DNA from: Clostridiales bacterium | GTDB taxonomy: Bacteria; Bacillota; Clostridia; Christensenellales; CAG-138 | Reading direction: 5' to 3' | Length of the DNA: 43,014 bases | Assembly (NCBI GenBank): GCA_013824375.1 | Contig: PNNR01000051.1 | Span: 1 to 43,014 of the forward strand | Part shown: positions 9,192-18,879 of the stretch, one piece after another | How the letters are laid out: every line of letters starts with the position of its first letter | Position numbering within the stretch: position 1 is the first letter of the stretch | The notes under the pieces: generated by a model | Told to the model about the DNA's origin: nothing | The model's input: the letters and a program-made list of their open reading frames with translations, nothing else | Databases searched by the model: none | Program-made: the position numbers and the translations under genes

Positions 9192-11024
9192 ATGGGCAAA
9201 ATTATCGGCATCGACCTCGGCACGACGAACTCTTGCGTCGCTTTCCTCGAAGGCGGCGAACCCGTCGTTATTCCCAACTCCGAAGGCATGCGCACCACGC
9301 CTTCCGTGGTAGCGTTTAAAGACGGCGAGCGCATGGTCGGCAACATCGCCAAGCGCCAGGCAATCACCAACCCCGACCGCACCATCGCGTCGATCAAGCG
9401 CGACATGGGCTCTTCCCGCAAGGTGCACATCGAGGGCAAAGATTACACCCCGCAGGAAATCTCCGCGATGATCCTACAAAAGCTTAAGACCGATGCGGAA
9501 GCATACCTCGGTGAAACCGTCACGCAGGCGGTCATCACTGTCCCGGCATACTTCACGGACAGCCAGCGGCAGGCGACCAAGGATGCAGGACGCATCGCAG
9601 GCCTTGAAGTGCTACGCATCATCAACGAGCCGACGGCGGCAGCACTCGCTTACGGCATGGATAAAGATAATAATCAGAAAATCCTGGTTTACGATCTCGG
9701 CGGCGGTACGTTTGACGTTTCGATCCTCGAGATCGGCGACGGTGTATTCCAGGTTCTCGCAACCGCGGGCAACAACCGCCTCGGCGGCGATGACTTTGAC
9801 CAATTGATCATGGACTATATCGCAGACGACTTCAAGAAGAACAACGGCATCGACCTAAGACAGGACAAGATGGCGCTTCAGCGCTTGAAGGAAGCTGCGG
9901 AAAAGGCGAAGATCGACCTTTCGGGCGTTGCACAGACCACGATTAATCTGCCGTTCATCACGATGGATAAGTCGGGGCCGAAGCACCTCGATATCACCAT
10001 AACGCGAGCGAAATTCAACGAGCTGATCAACGACTATGTAGAACAGACCAGAACCCTCGTGCAGAAGTGTATGAGTGATGCGAGCCTCTCCGCCTCTCAG
10101 GTGGATAAAGTAATCCTCGTCGGCGGTTCGTCCCGTATACCGGTTGTGCAGGAGATGGTCAAGAAGATCACCGGCAAAGACCCGTTCAAGGGCATCAACC
10201 CCGATGAATGCGTCGCCATCGGCGCGGCGATTCAGGGCGGCGTGCTCGGCGGCGAAGTCAAGGATATTTTGCTTCTGGACGTTACTCCGCTTTCTCTCGG
10301 CATCGAGACCGTCGGTGGTGTGTTTACCAAACTCATAGAGCGAAACACAACCATCCCCACGAAGAAGAGCCAGATTTTCTCTACCGCTGCGGACGGGCAG
10401 ACCAGCGTAGAAGTCCATGTGCTCCAGGGCGAACGCGGCATGGTGCAGGGCAACAAAACCCTCGGACGCTTCCAGCTCACCGGCATCGCGCCGGCGCCCC
10501 GCGGCGTGCCGCAGATCGAGGTCTCGTTTGACATCGACGCCAACGGCATCGTGCATGTTTCGGCAAAAGATCTCGGCACCGGCAACCAGCAGAACGTGAC
10601 CATCACCGCATCGACCAACCTCAACGAAGACGAGATCAAGCGCGCGGTCAATGATGCGGAGAAGTTCGCGGACGAAGACAAGAAGCGCAAGGAAGAGGTC
10701 GAGACGAGGAATCACGCCGACCAGCTGATCTATACCACCGAGCGCAGCCTCAAAGAGATGGGCGACAAGATCGACGCTTCCGGCAAGGAGCAGATCGAAA
10801 AATCGATCGCCGATCTGAAGAAAACCCTCGAAGGCGACGACATCGAGATGATCAAAACCGCGACTGAGAGCCTCACCGAAGTCAGCTACAGCGTGTTCGG
10901 CAAAGTTTACGAGCAGGCACAGCAGCAGGCGGGCGGTGCAGGCGATCAGGGCGGCTACACCGATCCGAACGCGGGCGGCGACAACGTTGTTGACGCGGAT
11001 TACGAAGTCGTTGACGACAAGTAA
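9192..11024 (+). CDS. dnaK: chaperone DnaK (Hsp70)
   Basis: [31 protein letters not shown] signatures. Confidence 0.99.
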   Translation: MGKIIGIDLGTTNSCVAFLEGGEPVVIPNSEGMRTTPSVVAFKDGERMVGNIAKRQAITNPDRTIASIKRDMGSSRKVHIEGKDYTPQEISAMILQKLKTDAEAYLGETVTQAVITVPAYFTDSQRQATKDAGRIAGLEVLRIINEPTAAALAYGMDKDNNQKILVYDLGGGTFDVSILEIGDGVFQVLATAGNNRLGGDDFDQLIMDYIADDFKKNNGIDLRQDKMALQRLKEAAEKAKIDLSGVAQTTINLPFITMDKSGPKHLDITITRAKFNELINDYVEQTRTLVQKCMSDASLSASQVDKVILVGGSSRIPVVQEMVKKITGKDPFKGINPDECVAIGAAIQGGVLGGEVKDILLLDVTPLSLGIETVGGVFTKLIERNTTIPTKKSQIFSTAADGQTSVEVHVLQGERGMVQGNKTLGRFQLTGIAPAPRGVPQIEVSFDIDANGIVHVSAKDLGTGNQQNVTITASTNLNEDEIKRAVNDAEKFADEDKKRKEEVETRNHADQLIYTTERSLKEMGDKIDASGKEQIEKSIADLKKTLEGDDIEMIKTATESLTEVSYSVFGKVYEQAQQQAGGAGDQGGYTDPNAGGDNVVDADYEVVDDK

Positions 11025-11059
11025 TTGACGCTTAAACACAAATAAACAAATAGCATCAG

Positions 11060-11090
11060 GGAGGCGCAACAAAGGCTTGCGCCTCCTTGT
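11060..11090 (+). terminator. stem-loop after dnaK (partial terminator or mRNA stabiliser)
   Basis: GGAGGCGCAA / TTGCGCCTCC stem with a weak U-tract. Confidence 0.6.
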
Positions 11091-11169
11091 CGGAATCATT
11101 CGCAAGCATTTGATTGGAAACGGGAGAGCGATGCGATATAATCGCTTTCTGACAGAGAGGTGACGGGCG

Positions 11170-12321
11170 TTGGCAGATAAACGCGATTATTACGAAATAT
11201 TGGGTGTGAGTAAAACCGCAACGGAGAGCGAAATAAAAAGCGCGTTCCGCAAGAAAGCGAAGGAGTGCCACCCCGACCTGCATCCCGGCGACAAAGCCAA
11301 GGAAGCGCAATTTAAAGAACTCAACGAAGCAGCGGAGATTCTCTCCGATGCGGACAAGCGCGCGAAATATGACCAGTTCGGTCATGCCGCGTTCGACCCC
11401 AGCATGGGTGGGCAGGATCCGTTCGCTGGCGGTGGGTTTGGTGGATTTGGTGATTTTGGCGATATACTGGGACAGATGTTCGGCGGCGGATTCGGCGGTT
11501 TTGGCGGCGGTCAATCACGCAATGGCCCCGTTTCCGGCGACGATCTGCGTTACAATTTGACAATATCGTTTGAAGAAGCGGCGTTTGGCGTAGAGAAAGA
11601 GATCACGATCCCGCGCGAAGAGACCTGCGCAACCTGCCACGGATCCGGCGCAAAGCCGGGTACCGAGCCGGTCACCTGCAAAACCTGCAGCGGAACGGGC
11701 CAGGTGCGCACACAGCAGAGCACGATTCTGGGTTCGTTCACTTCCACACGTCCCTGCACCAACTGTAAAGGCACGGGCAAAGTCATCGCCGATCCCTGCG
11801 CTGACTGCCGCGGTTCGGGACGAGTCCGCAAGAACCTGAAAAAGTCGGTCAAAATTCCCGCAGGCATCGACAACGGACAAAGCCTCTGCCTGCGCGGCTT
11901 GGGAAACGCGGGGCATCGCGGTGGACCCGCCGGCGACCTTTATGTTTCGATCAACGTGCGCCCGCACAGGCAGTTCACGCGGAAGGGCTTCGATCTCTAT
12001 CTAGAAATGCCGATTTCATACACCATAGCAGCACTCGGAGGCAGTCTGACAGTTCCGACGCTCAAAGAAAGCGTCAAGTACCAGATTCCCGCAGGAACGC
12101 AGACAGGCTCGACCTATCGCCTCAGAGAGCAGGGCGTTCAGCGGCTCAATGCGAGCGGCAAAGGCGACCTGTTGGTCACCGTAACCGTCGAGGTACCAAA
12201 GCACCTGACGGACGAGCAGAAGCGGATTCTGGAGCAATTCGCCGAGACGCTAGGTGAAGGCGTAGACTCGCGTGGAAGTAAAAAAGGCTTCAACCGAGCG
12301 AACGGTTCAAAAAAATACTAA
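11170..12321 (+). CDS. dnaJ: chaperone DnaJ
   Basis: J-domain HPD, G/F-rich region, four CxxCxGxG repeats; TTG start after GAGGTG. Confidence 0.98.
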   Translation: MADKRDYYEILGVSKTATESEIKSAFRKKAKECHPDLHPGDKAKEAQFKELNEAAEILSDADKRAKYDQFGHAAFDPSMGGQDPFAGGGFGGFGDFGDILGQMFGGGFGGFGGGQSRNGPVSGDDLRYNLTISFEEAAFGVEKEITIPREETCATCHGSGAKPGTEPVTCKTCSGTGQVRTQQSTILGSFTSTRPCTNCKGTGKVIADPCADCRGSGRVRKNLKKSVKIPAGIDNGQSLCLRGLGNAGHRGGPAGDLYVSINVRPHRQFTRKGFDLYLEMPISYTIAALGGSLTVPTLKESVKYQIPAGTQTGSTYRLREQGVQRLNASGKGDLLVTVTVEVPKHLTDEQKRILEQFAETLGEGVDSRGSKKGFNRANGSKKY

Positions 12322-12333
12322 CGTACAAGGCGC

Positions 12334-12363
12334 CCTCCCGGATTATTTTCGGGAGGCTTTTTT
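12334..12363 (+). terminator. intrinsic terminator
   Basis: CCTCCCG / CGGGAGG stem followed by a T-run. Confidence 0.8.
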
Positions 12364-12496
12364 ATTGAAATACGCTTGATCCTATAGAAAAAAACTTGTA
12401 CATCCCTCTTGTTTTATGAATCGGGCAGATGTAATATTAGCACAATGCGAAGATCAACAGATCAGATTCATATGTTGAATATAGGAGGGGATTATC

Positions 12497-12808
12497 ATGC
12501 ATGGACCGTCGTCCGAGTGGAAAAAAGACAACGCAATTTCGCTCAAAGTGATCATCGGCAAATGGTTCTTTATACTCTATGCAATCGTTTATGCGGGATT
12601 CATCTTAATCAACGTTGCAAGCCCGAAGTTTATGAGTATTGACATCGGCAGCCTCAACATGGCTATCATCTATGGATTTGGACTGATTTTGTTCGCGATC
12701 CTGCTAGCGTTTGCCTATAACCATATCAGCACACACGCCGAGTCAGTGATGAATCAGGAACAGGAAGATGACATGAAGACGGAGAGAAAGGACGGAGACG
12801 AAGCATGA
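12497..12808 (+). CDS. DUF485 (YjcH-like) small membrane protein
   Basis: Two TM helices; overlaps the start of a cation/acetate symporter, the usual pairing. Confidence 0.8.
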   Translation: MHGPSSEWKKDNAISLKVIIGKWFFILYAIVYAGFILINVASPKFMSIDIGSLNMAIIYGFGLILFAILLAFAYNHISTHAESVMNQEQEDDMKTERKDGDEA

Positions 12809-14745
12809 ATTATCAGGCATCGCCTTGGGCAATCGTCATCTTTGCGATGATCGTTGCGGCCGTTCTCGGCATTTCGTTCCATTTCTCAAAGAAATCAAAA
12901 TCCGCTTCCAGCTACATGGCAGCGGGCGGACAGATTCACTGGTCGGTCAACGGCATCGCGTTTGCCGGCGACTACCTTTCCGCCGCTTCGTTTTTGGGCA
13001 TTTGCGGCATGATTGCGCTGTCCGGATATGACGGTTTTCTTTATTCGATCGGGTATCTGGCCGGATGGATTGTCGCCCTGTTCGTGATTGCGGAACCCAT
13101 GAAACGCATGGGGAAATATACGTTTACGGATGCCATCGATCAGAAGTTTCAATCGAAAGGCATTCAGTTCTGGGCAGCCATCAGCACGCTGCTGGTGTCC
13201 ATGTTTTATCTGATTCCGCAGATGGTCGGCGCGGGCGCACTCGTCACCCCGCTGCTCGGCCTGCCGTATTGGGTCGGCGTCGTGATGGTCGGCGTGATCG
13301 TTATCGTCATCGTCACGCTGGCGGGCATGACGTCCACCACCTATGTTCAGTTTTTAAAAGGCACCATGCTGATCGTTTTTTCGCTGGTGCTGGTTTTCCT
13401 CGTGATGTCGCGCGGTATCATGAAAGCCCCCGACCAGGGCGGCGAGAAACCGTATCATAAATTCATCACCCTGGAAGCGACGGATACGGCGGCAGGAAGC
13501 GTTAAAATCAAAGACACGACTTATACCGTCGTGAAGGATTTTCTCGACGGGAAAGGGCTGCACTTCGTAAAGCTGTCTAAAGATGGCGTCGAATCTGTCT
13601 GGAAGATCAACGACGAGACTAAACAGCTCACAGAAACGCAGGTTATCTCCGTGTCGAAGGACGGTACGACTCTTTATAACGGACTGCCGAAAGAAGCCGG
13701 CGCATTCTATTCTGTCGGCAACATGAGCGAAATTATCGAGGACGGCGTACCGGTAGAGAAGACCAAGACGCTGGATCCTTTCTCATTCATCGAGACCATT
13801 AAAAACGGTACTGTTATACGATGGGCAAAGACCATGGTATCCGACGAGACCGGGAAGATGACCATCTATCACCAGTTGCCGACTTCCGGCCGCGATGTCG
13901 TCAGCCCAGGGCTGAAATACAAGGTAGACGCATCCAAAGGCGCAACGACGATGCAGCGACTCGATTTTATTTCGCTGATGCTCGCGTTGTTTTGCGGTAC
14001 GGCAGCGCTTCCTCATATCCTAATCCGGTATTATACGGTGCCCAACGCAGCTTCGGCGAGAAAATCTACCATCGTCGCGATCGCCGTCATCGGGCTGTTC
14101 TATGTGCTCACACTGTATATGGGGCTGGGAGCGATGGTCAACGGGGTGATTGACCTGACGAACGACAACATGTCTGCGCCATTGCTTGCCAAGTCGTTCG
14201 GCATATTCATATTCGCCATCATTTCGGCGCTGGCGTTTGCAACGGTGCTCGGTACGGTCAGCGGTTTGATTATCGCCGCATCCGGTGCGGTCTCGCACGA
14301 TTTGATGGACCGTTACGCGGGCAGAAACATGAGCGACAAGACGAAGATCCGCGCCACGCGAATCGCCGCCATCGTAATCGGCGGGATTGCGATTCTCCTC
14401 GGACTTTTGTTTGAAGGCATGAATGTTTCCTATCTTGTGGGGTGGGCATTCGCGATTGCGGCTTCGGCGAATCTTCCGGCGATCATCATGATTCTGTTCT
14501 GGAAGAGGACGACAAAAGAAGGCGTTATCGCGGGAATCATTGTTGGCCTGATTCTCTCGCTGGGGCTGATCCTGCTCTCGCAGGAAACGTTTGACAACGT
14601 CTACAAGCTCGTCAACGTAAAAGCGCCCGTGCCGATTAATAATCCGGCGATCATCTCCGTTCCGCTGAGTTTCCTGTCACTTGTCTTTGTTTCTTTGTTC
14701 ACACAGAAGAAGAAACAGCCAAGTTTGGAAAAGACCAACGGTTAA
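12805..14745 (+). CDS. actP: cation/acetate symporter (SSS family, ActP-like)
   Basis: NGIAFAGDYLSAASFLGI, YLIPQMVGAG, GTAALPHILIRYYTV, AFAIAASANLP; contains a large soluble insertion. Confidence 0.88.
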   Translation: MNYQASPWAIVIFAMIVAAVLGISFHFSKKSKSASSYMAAGGQIHWSVNGIAFAGDYLSAASFLGICGMIALSGYDGFLYSIGYLAGWIVALFVIAEPMKRMGKYTFTDAIDQKFQSKGIQFWAAISTLLVSMFYLIPQMVGAGALVTPLLGLPYWVGVVMVGVIVIVIVTLAGMTSTTYVQFLKGTMLIVFSLVLVFLVMSRGIMKAPDQGGEKPYHKFITLEATDTAAGSVKIKDTTYTVVKDFLDGKGLHFVKLSKDGVESVWKINDETKQLTETQVISVSKDGTTLYNGLPKEAGAFYSVGNMSEIIEDGVPVEKTKTLDPFSFIETIKNGTVIRWAKTMVSDETGKMTIYHQLPTSGRDVVSPGLKYKVDASKGATTMQRLDFISLMLALFCGTAALPHILIRYYTVPNAASARKSTIVAIAVIGLFYVLTLYMGLGAMVNGVIDLTNDNMSAPLLAKSFGIFIFAIISALAFATVLGTVSGLIIAASGAVSHDLMDRYAGRNMSDKTKIRATRIAAIVIGGIAILLGLLFEGMNVSYLVGWAFAIAASANLPAIIMILFWKRTTKEGVIAGIIVGLILSLGLILLSQETFDNVYKLVNVKAPVPINNPAIISVPLSFLSLVFVSLFTQKKKQPSLEKTNG

Positions 14746-14781
14746 TCACCGTAACCAAATAATCAATCTTTTCTAAATGTG

Positions 14782-14818
14782 AAAGGCCTCCTGTCGTTCA
14801 GCACGGCAGGAGGTCTTT
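14782..14818. terminator. likely bidirectional terminator
   Basis: AAAGGCCTCCTGTCGT / ACGGCAGGAGGTCTTT between convergent genes. Confidence 0.75.
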
Positions 14819-14839
14819 GTATAGACCGTATTGGATTGG

Positions 14840-15958
14840 CTATTCAGATTTTGCCATCATTTGTTTTATGCGCTGTCTTTTGTTTAGAACAAGATGCATC
14901 GCGAGCGAGACCACTCCGCTGAAAATCAGGATAAAATAGAAGCTCGCAACGCGAGAGAGCAGCATCGCCGGCACAATAAGCGCACTCTGAAACAGCACGC
15001 GGAAGATTTGAACAAATCCGCTTTCGCTCGCGCCCGCCGATCCTGGGATCGGGAGGAAGCAGATCGCGAGATACAGCACCGACTGCAGCGCGATGAAATC
15101 GATCATGCCAAACGCCGTGAGGTGGAACGCGCGATAAACGAAGTAGGGAATCACAAACTGCGCGCCAAGCAGCAGAACATAAGAGATCAGTTCGCCGATC
15201 AGGAGACATTTATGTGCGCGGAATACCTCCGCGCCTTTTTGATACAGCGCAATCTGGTCATTCACACGTTTTTCGATGCGCTCCGGATGCTTCACGATGC
15301 GAAGCTTGGTGAGCAGCGCGATCACCTTGTGTACGATTCTGCCCGCAAAGTCCTTGGAAAACATCGCAAACAGCAGAAACAGGATCAGCGCGATGTTGAT
15401 CAGCGAACCTAAGATAAACAGCCACAGAAACGCACCAAGGTTATCGAGAATCAACGCCGATCGGAAAGGAAGCAAAACTGCCGGAATCAATAGCACAACG
15501 ACCTGATGCGCCGCATTGACGAGCAATAACGAAAGGGAAGCGTAAGAGACCTCCACGCCGAAAGCAATCATGTAGTACAGCTGCATCGGCTGGCCCGCAA
15601 TTCCGGCGGGCGTGACAGACGTATAATACTGTCCGATAAAGCCGAAACCGAGGTTACGCAGCAGCGAGATGGGCTTGCCGTAGAGTACCCGCAGCGCAAG
15701 ATGCAGTGCTACGCCGAACATCAACGCGGCGAACAGAGCGGCGCCGAGCGACGCAAGCAGCCACCATGGATCGGACGACTGCACAGCCGACCAGAATTCG
15801 CCAAGCGTGATATCGCGGAAAATTACATAGAGTGTTACTGCGATCAACGCAAGCATGATCAAAGTGCTGACCATACGGAGGCGCTTGTTGTTCTTCGGGT
15901 TCTTACCCGTTTCGGGAGTTGCGCTCTGAGGCGCAGTTTTACTCATTATTTCATTCAT
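14840..15958 (-). CDS. lysylphosphatidylglycerol synthase TM / UPF0104 flippase-like protein
   Basis: Polytopic membrane protein with VTPAGIAGQPMQ, PIPGSAGASE and LLSRVASFY motifs. Confidence 0.8.
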   Translation of the reverse strand: MNEIMSKTAPQSATPETGKNPKNNKRLRMVSTLIMLALIAVTLYVIFRDITLGEFWSAVQSSDPWWLLASLGAALFAALMFGVALHLALRVLYGKPISLLRNLGFGFIGQYYTSVTPAGIAGQPMQLYYMIAFGVEVSYASLSLLLVNAAHQVVVLLIPAVLLPFRSALILDNLGAFLWLFILGSLINIALILFLLFAMFSKDFAGRIVHKVIALLTKLRIVKHPERIEKRVNDQIALYQKGAEVFRAHKCLLIGELISYVLLLGAQFVIPYFVYRAFHLTAFGMIDFIALQSVLYLAICFLPIPGSAGASESGFVQIFRVLFQSALIVPAMLLSRVASFYFILIFSGVVSLAMHLVLNKRQRIKQMMAKSE

Positions 15959-16114
15959 CGTTCAAATGATACTAAATATGGTAAACATTTGCCATCATAC
16001 ACACGGACGGAAACGTGAACTTATCATGAAGCACGATTGAATTTTGCTTGATCGGGCTAATGAGATGCAGACAATAGCGCGTTATGCTGGTAAACGGTCA
16101 AATACACATCAAAC

Positions 16115-16135
16115 AAAAAGCGCCCTTGCGGGCGC
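16115..16135 (-). terminator. intrinsic terminator after MmcQ/YjbR
   Basis: Minus strand GCGCCC-GCAA-GGGCGC-TTTTT. Confidence 0.7.
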
Positions 16136-16150
16136 ATGGGATCGCGAGTC

Positions 16151-16510
16151 TTATATGGATCGAATTTCCGCCTGTGCTTTTTTGCTGAGCGTTGAGAGCG
16201 TGGTCTCATAAGCGTTGTCCAGCATCGCGCAGGCGACGTCGTCCGGTACGCTGCTATCCAGAAAGAGGGAACTCCAGTGATTCTTGTCCGTATAATAGCC
16301 CGGGATGATGTCGCCGGGATATTGCGCGCGGAGAATCTCGGAAAACGCAGGTTCAAGCTTGACCGTTAAAAGTGGTCTGCCGTCCTTGTATTCACCGAGC
16401 ATGGCGAATATCTTGCCGCCAATGAGAAGAACCGTCGCGTTCCAGGCGGGTTTAAACTCCTGTGTTTCTCCTTGTTTTTGCTGGCAATACGCGCTGATCC
16501 AATCTCTCAT
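16151..16510 (-). CDS. MmcQ/YjbR family DNA-binding protein
   Basis: IGGKIFA...TVKLEP...LRAQYPGDIIPGYYTDKNHW...DNAYE pattern. Confidence 0.85.
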   Translation of the reverse strand: MRDWISAYCQQKQGETQEFKPAWNATVLLIGGKIFAMLGEYKDGRPLLTVKLEPAFSEILRAQYPGDIIPGYYTDKNHWSSLFLDSSVPDDVACAMLDNAYETTLSTLSKKAQAEIRSI

Positions 16511-16531
16511 GCTGATCTCCTGATGATGCGT

Positions 16532-17728
16532 TTATTCGTCAACTTCAAAAAACGCCGTGTGTCCAAGAGCGTCGGTGATTTGTAATACGGGTCGTTCGAT
16601 CGTGCCGATTGGGAGCGAAAGCGGCAGCATCGGCCGGCAGTCGGTGGAAACGGGTCGGAATTCGTCGCCTTTCACCGTACCTGCCGCGGCATAGACGATC
16701 GGATAGGCGGGAGAGAAGACGGCTTCGTCCAGCGCGAGCATTCTTCTGCCGCGTGTGGTCACGATCTTTGCCGAAACCTGTGCGGGTGTATCATCCGCGG
16801 GATAGCGCAGCACAAGCTCGCTTTCGCCTTCCAGTAAGGAATGTGCGCTTGCGGCCTTTAAAAGCCGCGCGCGGAGTGTGTACAGCGCGAGCGGAGAAGC
16901 GTCCAGCGCGAGGAACCGTCTGCCGAGCTTCATGGCGGCGGTCGCCGTCGTTCCGCTGCCGGAAAAGAGGTCGCAAACCAGATCGCCGGGCTTACTGGAG
17001 GCGAGAATCACGCGGTTTAACAGCGCTTCCGGCTTCTGCGTGGCGTAACCAAGACGCTCGGTATCTTTTTGCTGGAGGTGCTCGATGTCATCCCAAACGT
17101 CGCTGGGATAGACAGGGGTATCCTCATAGTACGTATAGATTTTACCTGCGGAACGAATTGTGAAACAGATACGCCCGCTTTCGTCGATAAAGCGCTTCAT
17201 GTGGTTGCGCTTTTCCGGCCCGCGCGGGTGACCGACCGCGTTGATATCGAAAAACACCTTCGCGCTCTTGCGGTAGAAGAGGATTGTGTCGTGCTTGCGC
17301 GGATAATATCGCGTTGCCCTGCCGCCGGATTTGTAGCACCAGACGATCTCGTTCATGAAGTTCGCGGCTCCGAAGATTTCGTCGAGCATCAGCCGCAGTT
17401 TCGCGCTCATGCGAAAATCGATGTGCAGATACAGCGAACCGGTGGGTGAGAGCAGATCGCGCGCGCCGGTGAGTATGCGTCGCATCCACAAAAGATATGC
17501 GCTTTCCTCCAAGTCGTCCGCGTAAGTCGGTAACGTGAGTTTGCTCTGCCCCGCGTTGAGCTTGCTGTGGAAGATGTCTCCCGTGCCGAAGGGCGGGTCG
17601 AGATAGATCACCTGCACGCGCTCGCGATAGGAAAGAAGAAGCGAATCAAGTGCTTCTTCCGCGCGCGATAGAATAAACTCGCCAGGGCCTCCGTTTGCGT
17701 GCCGCTCGCTGGTGCAGGTAATGCGCAT
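16532..17728 (-). CDS. site-specific N6/N4 DNA methyltransferase (beta class), orphan
   Basis: IYLDPPF (motif IV) precedes YATQKPEALL and DLFSGSGTT (motif I); GGAGG RBS. Confidence 0.88.
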   Translation of the reverse strand: MRITCTSERHANGGPGEFILSRAEEALDSLLLSYRERVQVIYLDPPFGTGDIFHSKLNAGQSKLTLPTYADDLEESAYLLWMRRILTGARDLLSPTGSLYLHIDFRMSAKLRLMLDEIFGAANFMNEIVWCYKSGGRATRYYPRKHDTILFYRKSAKVFFDINAVGHPRGPEKRNHMKRFIDESGRICFTIRSAGKIYTYYEDTPVYPSDVWDDIEHLQQKDTERLGYATQKPEALLNRVILASSKPGDLVCDLFSGSGTTATAAMKLGRRFLALDASPLALYTLRARLLKAASAHSLLEGESELVLRYPADDTPAQVSAKIVTTRGRRMLALDEAVFSPAYPIVYAAAGTVKGDEFRPVSTDCRPMLPLSLPIGTIERPVLQITDALGHTAFFEVDE

Positions 17729-17769
17729 GCGTATTTCCTCCCGCCGTCTGTTGAAACTGTTTGAGTAAG

Positions 17770-17814
17770 AAAAAAGCGGGATCCGGAATGTTATTCGCTC
17801 ATTCGGTTTCCCGC
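17770..17814 (-). terminator. possible terminator overlapping the GntR stop codon
   Basis: Minus strand imperfect GCGGGA...TCCCGC stem followed by TTTTTT. Confidence 0.45.
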
Positions 17815-18444
17815 CGCGATGGCGACGTGTGCTTCCATATGTTCTTTTGCGGCCTGCGCATCCCGCCGTTCGATTGCCTGAAAGATGCTCAGGTGTTCGG
17901 CGAGCGAATTTGGCGCGCGGTCGGGCAGGGTCAGCGAGCTCTGTCTGGCTTTGCGGATGTTGTGGTGCAGCGAGGCAAGTATATGCCGAATCGTTCGGCT
18001 GCCGCTTGCTTCGTAAATCAGCTCGTGAAAACGAGTATCGAGCGCGACGAGGTGAGAGATGTCGTTCTTCGCGGTGTAGAACTCCATGAGCTCTACAACC
18101 TCACGCAGCTCTTTGAGCTGCTCGTCGGTGACGCGCTGCGCCGCCCAAAATGCAGCCTGCCCTTCCAAAAGATGACGGATGGTGGAAACGTCCTGCAAAT
18201 CTTCAATCGAAAAACCTTTTACCACGACACCGCGATTTGGGTGTGAGGTGACAAGATCCTCCAGTTCCAGCTGCTTGAGCGCTTCACGTACAGGCGTGCG
18301 GCTCACGCCGAGTTCCTCTGCAATCTTCATTTCGACCAGGCAATCGCCTGTCTGATAGCGGCCCTCGGCAATCGCGTTTCTTAAAAAACGGTACACTTTA
18401 TCGGATAGCGAGCCGTAGTCTTTATGTTCATATAATCCGTTCAT
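17791..18444 (-). CDS. GntR family (FadR/FCD) transcriptional regulator
   Basis: EMKIAEELGVSRTPVREAL HTH; FCD-type RFHELIYEASG...EHLSIFQAI...MEAH; ATG 18444 preferred over 18564. Confidence 0.9.
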   Translation of the reverse strand: MNGLYEHKDYGSLSDKVYRFLRNAIAEGRYQTGDCLVEMKIAEELGVSRTPVREALKQLELEDLVTSHPNRGVVVKGFSIEDLQDVSTIRHLLEGQAAFWAAQRVTDEQLKELREVVELMEFYTAKNDISHLVALDTRFHELIYEASGSRTIRHILASLHHNIRKARQSSLTLPDRAPNSLAEHLSIFQAIERRDAQAAKEHMEAHVAIAAGNRMSE

Positions 18445-18553
18445 ATTTCTCTCTTTCGTGGCGCGAAATGCGCACGTATCACGATGGAAAACTGGAATTG
18501 TTGCTTTCAATTCTTGATGACAGTTTATCGTTTTTGATTTCAAAACACAAGTG

Positions 18554-18572
18554 TTTGTATACAAATATACAA
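18554..18572. promoter_or_regulatory. putative GntR autoregulatory operator
   Basis: Perfect palindrome TTTGTATACAAA (18554-18565) plus an adjacent TATACAA half-site, upstream of the GntR gene. Confidence 0.5.
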
Positions 18573-18649
18573 TGAAACAAAAGGTTTATCAGGATTTGCA
18601 GCAAAAGAGGCGCATGATTGAGAAAAAACAGAAACTTAACCTAAAGAGG

Positions 18650-18850
18650 TTGCTATTATGCAAATTTCTGCGTATACTTGCAAAGCGCACGCGCATTGAT
18701 ACGCGTCGCCCGGCTTGAAGTGCATGAAGTGTTTATGCCCTGATGCCTACAAGCGGACGAAAATGCCACTAATAAGCCGCAAAGCTTTCACGCGCGGGTA
18801 ACATGCTGGGTTCATTGTATATTTACATAACTCTGTGCATGCGATATAAT
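18650..18850 (+). promoter_or_regulatory. two tandem sigma-A-type promoters of the asp23 operon
   Basis: TTGCTA-17-TATACT (18650-18678) and TTTACA-17-TATAAT (18822-18850). Confidence 0.55.
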
Positions 18851-18879
18851 TTTTGTTAATCAAGAATGGAGGTGTGCAT

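Noticed and set aside
9855-11105. 416-aa antisense ORF over dnaK (similar long ORFs lie antisense to deoB, thrC, ahcY and the EF-G paralogue)
   Set aside because: Shadow ORFs caused by codon bias of GC-rich, highly expressed genes; no protein-like motifs
16532-17728. Restriction-modification or defence island
   Set aside because: No nuclease, helicase, specificity subunit, integrase or obvious compositional shift nearby
18738-18770. Hammerhead-like CTGATG...GACGAAA
   Set aside because: The core is CUGAUGC rather than CUGANGA, stem II is weak, and no stem III or NUH site can be built
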